A stretch of 63,926 nucleotides of DNA, the filler included, from Octopus bimaculoides (lineage: Eukaryota), in assembly GCF_001194135.2 (NCBI RefSeq). It is 10 parts of 9 records of this genome, joined end to end, with 100 filler letters (N's around TTAATTAATTAA, not from the genome) between each part and the next. Parts side by side here need not be neighbours in the genome. Positions count along the whole stretch, not along the records: positions 49,518 to 58,929 come from NC_068985.1; positions 59,030 to 61,325 come from NC_069005.1; positions 61,426 to 63,926 come from NW_026420479.1; 7 more parts are not named here. The stretch is one strand, 5' to 3'. Positions 53,088-63,926 of this stretch are shown here, one piece after another. The translations under genes were made by a program, and so were the position numbers. Each line of letters starts with the position of its first letter. Position 1 is the stretch's first letter. A model generated the notes under the pieces. It had not been told where the DNA came from, ran no database searches, and saw nothing but the letters and a program-made list of their open reading frames with translations.

Positions 53088-53845
53088 ACCATAATATACT
53101 ATAAAGAATATTAAACGTGTCCTACTGTGTTAGCAGTGCGTTTTACATCACTTGTTAAGGTTATCTCTACAGATATTCGATAGAAATTTTAGCCAGTATT
53201 GATTTTTGTTGCGAGACGTCGGATGTAAACAAAAATTGTTTGTTCGCATCTGATGTTGGTTTGCTGTTGTTTGTTGCCTGGTGTTGGATGGGGGTGGGTT
53301 TCGATTTGTAAGTGAGAAAACCACAGGTGGAAGGAGTCGTGTTGATGTTGATATTGGTGTTCTTGTCTTGAGGATGATTATGTTGGCAACAATGGTCGAT
53401 GACACTACGATAAAGGTGTTTATAATGACTGCCATGGTAGGGACACTGATGTTAAGGCTTGTTGAAGACAATGACGGACCTACACTTGATGACGTGGTCG
53501 TGAGGATGATGGTCAGTATGGGGGCTCATACCAAGCGTTCTTGTGGTTGGGGTGCTGGTACTAGTGATCATGTTTGTTTTGGGGAATGAGGATGCATAGC
53601 TTGCCGATGCGGTGGCGGTGGCGGCAGTGGCGGCGGCGGTGGTAGTGGTGGTGATGACGATGTTGTCGGTACTGTTGGTGTAAGTGTTGATGGTTGAGGC
53701 GGAGGTGGTTGTCGTAAACCTTAATAGTTTTCATCTTCATACAAATGTTGATGGTAGCGATGATGTGATGATGTTGGCGATGCTATTGTTAGTGAAGCGG
53801 TAGCTAATAGATGTGCTAGTTCAGTTCATTGTCTGTAGTGTTTGT

Positions 53846-54068
53846 GAAGGCGGCGAGCCGGCAGGGGCTATTAACACACACCGAACAAAAGAAAACTTAG
53901 CGGAATTTGTTCCGGCACTTTACGTTCTGAGTTCAAATGCCACCGAAGCCGACTTTGTCTTTCATCCCATTCGAGGTCGATGAAATAAGTACCAGTTGAT
54001 CCTAGGATCGATGTAATCGACACTCTCCATCCTCCAAATTTTCAGGTCTTGTGCTGCTTGTAACAAAA
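53846..54068 (+). mobile_element. SINE family C
   Basis: gaaggcggcgagccggcag...acgttctgagttcaaat...gactttgtctttcatcc...gaaataagtaccagttg...gatgtaatcgac. Homologous to 59668-59882 (-) and 52620-52780. Confidence 0.8.
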
Positions 54069-54089
54069 TGGTTTATTAGCGGTGTTTAG

Positions 54090-54690
54090 AAGTCATTAGA
54101 CTGCGGCCATACCGGGGCATCGCCTTGAAAGATTTTCAGTCGAATGAATCGAACCCCAGTATTTTTCTTTTAAAGCCTGGTACTTATTCTATATTGTGGA
54201 GGCGCAATGGCCTAGTGGTTAGGGCAGCGGACTCGCGGTCATAGGATCGGGGTTTCGATTCCCAGACCGAGCGTTGTGAGTGTTTATTGAGCGAAAACAC
54301 CTAAAGCTCTACGAGGCTCCGGCAGGGGATGGTGGCGAACCCTGCTGTACTCTTCCACCACAACTTTCTCTCACTCTTTCTTCCTGTCTCTGTTGTGCCT
54401 GTAATTCAAAGGTTCAGCCTTGTCCACACTGTGTCACGCTGAATCTCCCCGAGAACTACGTTAAGGGTACACGTGTCTGTGGAGTGCTCAGCCACTTGCA
54501 CGTTAATTTCACATGCAGGCTGTTCCGTTGATCGGATCAACTGGAACCCTCGACGTCGTAAGCGACGGAGTGCCAACAACAACTTATTCTATCGCTAGCT
54601 TTTCGCCGAACCGCTTAGTTACGGCGACGTAAGCACACCGACACTGCTTGTCAAGCACTGGAGAGAGACAAACACAAAGACACCCACACT
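54090..54690 (-). mobile_element. SINE family A 3' half, split by insertion of a family B SINE
   Basis: The two halves, 54090-54192 and 54582-54690, rejoin at acttattctat. Confidence 0.85.
54193..54581 (+). mobile_element. SINE family B, full length, 11-bp TSD
   Basis: TSD acttattctat at 54182-54192 and 54582-54592. Tail ...gacggagtgccaacaacaa. Confidence 0.93.
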
Positions 54691-55554
54691 TTTTTATTCA
54701 TTGAAGGATTCGTTTGAATCAACATATCCTAACATTCAGGATACCAGGAAAAGTGTTGAGTTCAGCTCATACGTGTCTATACCACATACAAATACATCCG
54801 CATGTACATTGCATGTACCAACATATTCATACACTTACATATATATGTTCATGCACGCACGAATATACACATACAAGCAAATATATACCCATGCTCAATC
54901 GTATGTATGTTCACGATCCAATGCGAATTTCTGGTGGTAGTGGTGGTGGTGGAGATGATAGACTTGCTGAAATAGTCTTTGTGTCAACTGAACTTTTAAA
55001 AACAAATTAAACTCAAATTCAAAATAGGGAATTCGAAGTCACAAATAGTACAGTACAATCGATCTGAAACATCGCCTATTGATTGTCTTAGTGAATCCAT
55101 TTGACTATCTCCTTAATCCTAATCCTAGCATTAATCCGAATATCAGTACTCTAACTGAATTAAGCAGCGTGACTGCGAACGAGATTGGAAACGCAGTTGG
55201 GCAAGCTTGAATCGCATGCAAACCAGTTTATTGAATGGTGCTTATAGTTAAGGCTGAGAGTTCAGTTTCATAAATGGGTGGAGAAATATTTTTCAAAAAT
55301 GTAGCAGATCGTTTTAAAAAAGTAATCCAAAATAAACGTGTTTGTGTGTGTATCTTTGATTAGGATTAAGAATTGTAACGGAACATTTACTGTTTAGGGT
55401 ATTGATTATTGAGGATTTCGGTTTTTTGGGGGGGGTTTTTTCACATAAAAACTTAAGGCGAAGAGTAATTCACGGAATGAATTAGCCGTCCATCGATATT
55501 TCAAGTTCTAATCAACACGAATTTGATAGTATATTCTTTTATTCTTTTATTCTT

Positions 55555-55752
55555 TAACTTGTTTCAGTCATTCGACTGTGGCCATGCTAGAGCACCGCCT
55601 AGAAGGGTTCTAGCCAAACAAATCGACCCCAGGACTTATTCTTTGTAAGCCTAGTACCTATTCTATCAGTCACTTTTGTCGAGCCGCTAATTTACGGGGA
55701 TATAAACACACCAACACCGGTTGTGAAGCAGTGATGGCGGAACAGACGCAAA

Positions 55753-55790
<38 letters not shown>
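55555..55790 (-). mobile_element. SINE family A, 3' half
   Basis: tttcagtcattcgactgtggccatgctagagcaccgcc...gacttattctttgtaagcctagtac. Confidence 0.87.
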
Positions 55791-55793
<3 letters not shown>

Positions 55794-55879
55794 GTATATA
55801 TACAACGGGCGTCTTTCTGTTTACATTAACCTGGTCGATTAATCCGTACTGTTGTAAATACAGTTTTATTATTCCTTAA

Positions 55880-56340
55880 CAAAAATAGTAAGACACCAAC
55901 AGGTGTTGCCCTGATTACCACAAATGAAGAGATTGTGTGGACTGCCGACACGGGAACATCCGACGTATAGCTGACCGTGGGTAAATACCTGCTGCGTCAG
56001 ATTTAGGTCAACTACTTGTAACGACTGTCCCTGTGCTTTGTTGATGCTCATTGCAAAGCATACTTTTACGGGAAACTGCCGTCGCGTAAATTCAAATGGC
56101 ACGGCAGAGGGACTAAGGCTCATGCGGGTTAATAACTTTGTCACGCCAGCAGACTGTCCGCTCAGAATGGTTGTCGTCAGAATTAAGGTCCCAATTGTTT
56201 CGATCATCAGACGCCTACCGTTTCTCAGTAACATAACTGGAACACCAGCCTTCAGTCTAAGGTCATAAGGTGGAAGTCCGGGAGGTAGTTGGCTGTTGAG
56301 GAATTCAATAGGTGTGCAACTTATCAGCTCAATCCGACCA
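55880..56340 (-). mobile_element. Helitron RepHel Pif1-helicase C-terminal fragment
   Basis: PIEFLNSQLPPGLPPYDLRLKAGVPVMLLRN...FEFTRRQFPVKVCFAMSINKAQGQSL...FTHGQLYVGCSRV contains the Pif1 motifs V/VI. Confidence 0.92.
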
Positions 56341-56409
56341 CATTTACTAACACTTTTGCCTGCACAACTGAATGTGAGACAACGACCGCCCTTTTCACAA
56401 ATATATATT

Positions 56410-56442
56410 AGAATAGCAGAGATACCCGGCCTTGCTCGGGAT
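56410..56442 (-). mobile_element. Helitron 3' terminus (decayed CTAG)
   Basis: Minus strand cccgagcaaggccgggtatctctgCTATT matches 27509-27536. Confidence 0.55.
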
Positions 56443-56780
56443 TAAAATAGTTTATCATTGTTTTACTTGTTTCGGTATTATAACCCGATTTCATTCGGGT
56501 CTACTCGGGCCACATTTTAAAAGATGAGGAATTTTGCCCTTGAGGCCACGCTTTTCAATTGAGCAAATTCAAAGATGCCATGCAAACTAACCAGCACTTT
56601 TAACATAGGTGTGCAAATTTTCAACTCAATTCGACCACATGCACACATTATAAGTATATACATTAAATATATATATATACTATACATACACATTACATAT
56701 GTATATGTATATGTACATATACACGTATTATACATATGTGTATGTGTGTGTACGCATCATATATACATATGTATACACAT

Positions 56781-56814
<34 letters not shown>

Positions 56815-56828
56815 TATATGTATACCGT

Positions 56829-56904
<76 letters not shown>

Positions 56905-58620
56905 NNNNNNNNNNNNNNNNNNNNNNNNNNNNNNNNNNNNNNNNNNNNNNNNNNNNNNNNNNNNNNNNNNNNATAATAATTCAATGGTCTAAAAGACCTT
57001 TGGCGGGAATATTTAAACTTTTGCGGCTGTCAACGCTTTCTCTCTATAGATACAGATAGAGGTACAAAGAGAGAGAGGCGGTGGGAGAAAGAGGGACAGA
57101 GAGACGGCGAAGGCGGAGAGAGGGAAAGAGAGTGGAAGCTGTCAAACGTCGTTATAGAGAGAAAGTGGAGGGAAGGGAGGAAAGAGAGAGATCGAGGAAG
57201 ACCGGGTGATATCCGAAAGAGAGAAACGACAAACACTTGTCAAAGTCTGGGTTTTGTTGCCCTAGTAACCATAGCTTTTGAAATAGAGATTTCTAAACTA
57301 GCTCAATCGCTTTCTCGCCTCATTTTGTAAATTTTCGCCAAAATCCAAGCACGTCTACTGCCATTGAACCCTGCATAACCACTAATGAGACACGCAAACA
57401 TACAACTTTCGGCCATTTCACTTTTAGATTTCGAGATAAAAATGTATATATAAAAATATTTAAAAAAAAAAAAAATACAATATAGTACTGTTTCAGCTTC
57501 GCAATTTTCACCTATCGCGCGGGGTTTTGGAACAAAACAGCTGCGATAGTCGAAAGATTACTGTATACATACATACATACATGTGCGCGCGTGTATCAGG
57601 AATGACTGGTGGTTGCTTCTGATTTTTGAAGTCTATAATTTAATGATTTCCAACAGTATTTCTTACCTTGAGAAATTATCATAGTAAAATAGAAAATAGC
57701 CTAAATGAAAAAATAACAGTAATAACAAAGAACAAAACAAAGAAAGAAGCAATGAAATGTGGCGTGTACTCTCTCTTATTTATAGAATCACATCTGACAA
57801 CCCTGCTTGGTGTTCGGATTAAGCCTATTCTAAGAATAGAAGTAAGAGGTAGGGCTAATATTTTAGATTTTAGGTTAGGATTAACTTCCATAATCCTAAC
57901 AATGGTAATAACATCCTTATTAAAGAGAACATAAAAGATAATGTGCTTTCTTTATGGCTTGCCAAGAAAATCAATGAATGGTTAAATGTATTGAATTGAA
58001 TTTGCAGCGACAACAGTTACAGAAAAATAACAATAGAAACAGATTCGTTAGCAACGATGATATCAACAGTACAAGAAAATAATTGTTTCTATCTAATTTA
58101 GGGTATGACGAAACCCCCAACAATTCAATTGTAAGAGATATAGACGTTTGACGATTAAATAGATCTGAATACTACTTCACTGGTATTTTGATTTTTACCC
58201 CTATTTTTTTTCGGGCGTTTTATAAAGAATTCTGCTGATTCGCCCCTATGATAATCCACAGTGAAGAGAAAGAACTAAAGTGGACAGTGAATAAATTGTG
58301 CTGTATGTCTAGTCTGTGTAACATGGCACCACATACTATTTATAAATTACATCGTCTCGGAGACATAGTAGATAATATCTAGAACGACAGACATATCTGA
58401 CGGGTAAAAATAGTCGTTTTCGGTCGAGGACTAAGGTCGGAGATGGTTGGCCGAAAGGCTTGATGGTTAGAGATGATCTGGTGCTACAAACAACAGCAGC
58501 AAAAACAAGAACAATAACTGATTTCATAATTGCATAATAATTACGATAAGAAGACCAATTATGGTAGCAAGAGCAGTAATAATAATTATACTGGACACTT
58601 TTCTCAAAAATTCACACACA

Positions 58621-58664
<44 letters not shown>

Positions 58665-58727
58665 ACATACACACACACACATGTATTATATATGTAAAAT
58701 TTATATGATAAATATAGAAGTTTGATA

Positions 58728-58870
58728 ATAAGGCGCAGGAATGGCTGTTGTGGTAAGTAGCTTGTTTACCAACCACATGGTCTCGGGTTCAGTCCCACTG
58801 CGTGGCACCTGCGGCAAGTGTCTTCTACTATAGCCTCGAGTCGATTAAAGCCTTGTGAGACTGAAAGAAG
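58728..58870 (+). mobile_element. SINE family A, 5' half
   Basis: ataaggcgcaggaatggctgttgtggtaagtagcttgtttaccaaccacatgg...gcgtggcacc. Confidence 0.88.
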
Positions 58871-59667
58871 GGATCTTTTTTAAAACGGGGGCCACATTTT
58901 TCATTAATGTTTTACGTAGTGTTTTTGGTNNNNNNNNNNNNNNNNNNNNNNNNNNNNNNNNNNNNNNNNNNNNTTAATTAATTAANNNNNNNNNNNNNNN
59001 NNNNNNNNNNNNNNNNNNNNNNNNNNNNNTATATATACATTTATATATATATACACACACACACACAAACATACATCCTGGCTGTGAGTTAGTGTGTTTG
59101 TTTGTTTTGTGATGAGTTCACCAACCCCTTCTGTGAAAAACATGAATAATCTGGCACACTAATCTCTGATAATTCTGAGAAATATTTTGAAGCCAACAGA
59201 AATGACAACTAATGAGAGCATTAAGACCTGGAGGGCTGCATGTATAAATATAAATATATATATATATATATTTCACATACATTCTTCAGCAAAACACTTC
59301 ATTTCACGTTGCCTCAGTCGTGCTTTCGATCAGGGGAGAATATTGGCCTGCCCGCCTGGTCAGCGGGGTGGCACCATTCGAAGGCTAAAACAATGCTAAA
59401 GCACACTGTGACCGGCGATGTGTAACATCTGATTGTCTGGTCAGTCATGTGATCACATGATATTCATAAACATACAGAGAGTCTCTGTGCATATGGGTCT
59501 TAATGTGAGGATAATCCTCATTAACACCCTTAAGTGTCTTCGTTATCATAGCTTATCCTATTTCTACACCATGTCCACTAACACCCACTTAAAATCATTT
59601 CAACCATTCTAGAAAACACAAAAGCAGTTACCTTCAATGCAAACATATTTCTTAATAATAATAATAA

Positions 59668-59882
59668 CAGCTTCAAATTTTGCCACAAAGGCACCAATTT
59701 TGGGGAAGGAGATGAGTTGATTACATCAACCCCAGTGTTCAACTGGTACTTATTTTATCAACCCAAAAAGGATGAAAGGCTAAGTCAACCTTGGCAGAAA
59801 TTGAACTCAGAACATAGCAATGGGCAAAATACTGCTAAGCATTTCATCCCACATGCTAACAATTCTACCAGCTCACTGCTTT
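59668..59882 (-). mobile_element. SINE family C, CpG-depleted copy
   Basis: Reverse-complement homology to 53846-54068, with CG changed to CA/TG. Confidence 0.8.
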
Positions 59883-60023
59883 AATCATAATATTATTATT
59901 ATTATTATGAAATATCAAAAAGTTATATTGCATTTCTGTGGCCTGGTCATTGACACACTTTTTCAACTACTTGTGGAATTGTGCCCTTAACTGTGTAAAA
60001 TGATTTTTCCATAATGTAATAGT

Positions 60024-60099
<76 letters not shown>

Positions 60100-60301
60100 C
60101 AAAACTTTTAGTTCATCATGCCATGTGGGCTGTGCCTGATGACTGTGCCAAGATATCAGACATATTATAAAACATTGTTTGGCATGTTCTCTGCACATGA
60201 AACTAATAGTAGCACATAAAAACAAGTATTGTGTTTATTAAATAATATTTATCTCTCACCAGATGGAGTACCATTTTTGTTGACCTTATCATCGTGGAAC
60301 A

Positions 60302-60337
<36 letters not shown>

Positions 60338-61000
60338 TTATCAGAAGTCCAAGGGAATCTACTTTTACCAAAGTAGGAAGGAATGCGAGAGTGCATGTCC
60401 ATTTTTGCGTGTATGCATGTGTATGTGTTTATGGTACATGTGTGGGGTTGTTGGTTAACTACTTCAATTGAAAAAAAAACAACCCAAAAGTTAGCCATAG
60501 TAATTTTCAAAAGATAGATACTTATGTACATATCTATAATGTGGGGTGTGTGTATATGTGTGTATGGGTGGGGGTCTGTTCACTAACATTTTGGAATGAG
60601 TGCTATGCGAAGTGACAGTCGAGGTGGTAGTAGTGATGGTATTGTGAAATTAAATGGGGAATAAAAAATCACACCAAGGTACCCCAGGTTTAGTTTTGGC
60701 ATTCCTTGTTTCTACATTCAGTTTGTTAGAGAATAATGGTGATAGTGGTGGTGTATGAAACAGGAATAGCGAATGATATACAAGAACTCTGAATCTGTAG
60801 ATGTGTTGCACAGTGACAAAGCAGAATTGAAATATATTTATTCATGAATTAATGGCCAATGCATTAATCCATGGCGTGTGTTTATATTCATATAAAGACT
60901 CAGGATATTAAATTAAAGAGAATACCTTCTACTCCTAGATACATGTGTGTGTAAAATACATATAAAACAAATATATACACAAACACATATATTAGAAAAC

Positions 61001-61104
<104 letters not shown>

Positions 61105-61425
61105 TGTATATATATACACACATATATATACATACGCACATATATGCATATATTACATTAGAAAACTATATATTATATACATATTATATATATTATATAT
61201 ATATATATATACTATACATATTATGTTTTATATTACATATTATTTTCATATGTGTACGTGCATACACATATATTATATATAAATATATATTATATAACAC
61301 ACACACACATATATATATATATATANNNNNNNNNNNNNNNNNNNNNNNNNNNNNNNNNNNNNNNNNNNNTTAATTAATTAANNNNNNNNNNNNNNNNNNN
61401 NNNNNNNNNNNNNNNNNNNNNNNNN

Positions 61426-62216
61426 GCCTCAACAGGTCTTCGCAAGCGGAGTTTAGTGTCCAATGAAGGAAGGTGGGCTGGCAGAGGCCTTGAATTTAGG
61501 TCTCACTTGGCTTGCCAGGTCTTCTCACGCACAGCATATTTCCAAAGGTCTCGGTCAGAAGTCATTGCCTCGGTGAGGCCCAATGTTCGAAGGTTGTGCT
61601 TCACGACCTCATCCCAGGTCTTCCTGGGCCTACCTCTTCCACAGGTTCCCTCAACTGCTAGGGTGTGGCACTTTTTCACACAACTATCCTCATCCATTTT
61701 CTCCACATGACCATACCAGCACAATCGTCTCTCTTGCACACCACAACTGATGCTTCTTAGGTTCAACTTTCCTCTCAAGGTACTTACACTCTGTCTAGTA
61801 TGCACACTGACATTACACATCCATCAAAGCATACTGACTTCATTCCTTGCGAGCCTAGGTATGTCCTCAGCAGTCAAGGCCCGTGTTTCACTGCTATGTA
61901 GCATGGCTGTTTTTACACATGCATCATACAGTCTGCCTTTTACTCTGAGTGAGAGGCCCCTTGTCACCAGCAGAGGTAAAAGCTCTCTAAACTTTGCCCA
62001 GGCTATTCTTATTCTAGCAGCTACACTTTCAGCGCACCCTCCCCCACTACTAACTTGGTCACCCAGATAGCAGAAGCTATCAACTAAGTCTAGTTTTTCT
62101 CCCTGGAATGTGGCCAAAGTTGTTTTCTGCACATTTTCAGTGTTTATTGCTCCTGAACATCTGCCACATACAAAAACTAACTTCCTAGTTAACCTTCCTT
62201 TAATTAATTTAGTCAA
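61426..62216 (-). mobile_element. RTE-clade LINE 3' part (same family as 17543-18600)
   Basis: DSFCYLGDQVSSGGGC...RIRIAWAKFRELLPLL and RRLCWYGHVEKMDEDSCVKKC...GRGRPRKTW...EKTWQAK*. Confidence 0.93.
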
Positions 62217-63049
62217 TTGAGTATTCAGTGTGTAAATTAATCATCAGGTGTGACCATTCATTTTGTATCTTAAGCCAGGTTCTGAGAGGGTCAAATCCAG
62301 AAAATTGTTTTCCCAGAAAAATGTTAAGGAGTTGAATAAGAGATATTTGGTAGCAATAAATAACTTATTTGATGCCATAGAGGAATCCTGGTTCATGCCT
62401 GGATTTCTATTTTCCAGTTTAGATGAAATTTCTCTTAACCTTCCATCCATCCTTTCAGTATCTGTATTTAAAGTGAAAATTAAAGAATTTATTTGAAGAG
62501 TGAAATAAAAGATTGGTCTTGAAGTGTGACAGTAGCTGAATTAAGAATGTCATGATCTTTATCTGAGGTAGTTTTATGAGTTCTAAAGAACATCTTAGTA
62601 GAACTTCAGATCCTGCTCCACAAATTCTACAATTTGGCAAGTCAGAACAGACAATTAATGTAGAACTATTGAGTTTACTTGAAAGTAGAAACTTAATTTC
62701 TGATTTCCTCCCAGATTAAATCTGGGTGTGGGATGAATAGAGCTCAGTAACTACCAGTCTTTTGTTTTTCTCACCTCAAATATTCATCAGTCATGAACAC
62801 AGTCCTTGTTTAATCCTTAAAAAATGACCAACTCAGTCTATCTCCTTACTATTCTTTTACAGAAAGGTACAAAGTGCCAATGTCTCTTAGAGTATCTGTA
62901 TTTTCCTTGTGTATTGGCATTTACAGAATTTTAAATGTTAATGCCATTATTCTTGTAAAAAGCAATAGACTTTGTTTCAAAGGGTTAACCCTTCTTTTTA
63001 TTGAAAATTATTGGACACGTAGAGAATAGGAATAATAACTGTATAAATA

Positions 63050-63080
<31 letters not shown>

Positions 63081-63119
63081 CTCACACACAAATGATAAGT
63101 ATGTAAGTACATATTTATC

Positions 63120-63830
63120 CATCCATCCATCTTCTCTATCTACTTTTCTGGGAGGGCCATGAGGGTAGAGTCCTCAGGCACTACCCCCAATAGGGTCATA
63201 TCAGAAGCAATCATCGTTACATTTTCTGGTTGGATTAAGCATGATTAACTGAGACTATGGATATTATCCAACCATCTTCTTCTTAGTCGGCCCATAAGCC
63301 TCCTTCTGGTTGACTTGGCTTGAAAAAAACCTGTCTTGTGATTCTTTCTTGTGACATTCTTATCACCTATCCATATAACCACAACTGTGGTCTCTCAATG
63401 TAGAGAAGTTGCTGCTCAATCTGGAGAGATTCCCTCATCTCCAAGCTATACACTTTGTTCAGTAATATTACTCCAGAGATCCTTCAGAGGACTCCCATTT
63501 CAGCTACTTGTATTCACGATCATACTCTTTCAGTCAGTATCTAACATTCATGACCATAGGTGAGGATAGGTGTAAAAACTGAATTGAAAATAGTGAGTTT
63601 GGCTTTTTTACCAACCTCTTCTGTTCTGAGGATCAAATTCTGGGACTGGTGTATTACTGTGCCAGCACCTGCAATTCTAGCATCCATTTCAGCCTTCTGC
63701 TTCTCATCACTCATGAATACAACCCTGAGATATTTAAACTTCTTCATATGCCTGTGATGTGCCACTAACATGCAGAGTGTATTGAGAAGACCAATGTGTC
63801 AGTCTTCACAATACTAATTCTCATTCCTAC
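63120..63830 (-). mobile_element. Second RTE-type LINE 3' remnant, (GATG)n tail
   Basis: KKFKYLRVVF...EMDARIAGAG...KAKLTIFNSVFTPILTYGHEC. Confidence 0.8.
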
Positions 63831-63857
63831 CTTGCAGCACTCAGCAGCAAATCCATT

Positions 63858-63926
63858 CACGACACCGAGGGTTTCAGATCCGATCAACGGAACAGCCTGC
63901 TCATGAAATTAACGTGCAAGTGGCTA
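63858..63926 (-). mobile_element. SINE family B 3' end (runs off window)
   Basis: Reverse complement of cacttgcacgttaatttcacgagcaggctgttccgttgatcggatc. Confidence 0.85.

Noticed and set aside
53148-53830. ORFs 53281-53589 (+) and 53148-53471 (-)
   Set aside because: GGT/GAT/GTT low-complexity sequence that is stop-poor by composition, with no domain.
57000-57600. GA-rich, CpG-containing stretch as a promoter
   Set aside because: No diagnostic core-promoter motif and no linked exon was identified.

Overview
Eukaryotic, repeat-dominated, gappy genomic DNA. It is most likely octopus: this is an inference from the tRNA/CORE-type SINE families, RTE LINEs and very dense (TA)/(CA)/(TATC)/(AAT) microsatellites. 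The only plausible host coding sequence is a partial terminal exon at 1-411 (+), ending in an acidic, SIM-like tail. A weaker unique ORF lies at 29740-30093. The rest is a layered transposon record: several modular SINE families (three copies with clear target-site duplications), RTE and RTE-BovB LINE remnants, R4/Dong LINE remnants, Penelope RT and GIY-YIG remnants, a Ty3/gypsy gag with a nested antisense solo LTR, a maT-type mariner, hAT and mariner MITEs, and Helitron ends plus a Pif1 fragment. The most interesting signal is a set of minimal hammerhead-ribozyme-like motifs (core C[T/C]GANGA, stem II, GAAA, palindromic near-absent stem III). They occur both as dispersed ~230-bp elements with a compensatory stem II change and as inverted back-to-back pairs. 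One pair sits just upstream of a Penelope ORF remnant, which also ends in a perfect 72-bp inverted repeat. Nine 100-bp gaps carry an artificial TTAATTAATTAA linker, so adjacency across them is not sequence-supported. There is no CRISPR array, rRNA or bona fide tRNA gene. All alignments and counts were done by eye; coordinates of degraded repeats are approximate.
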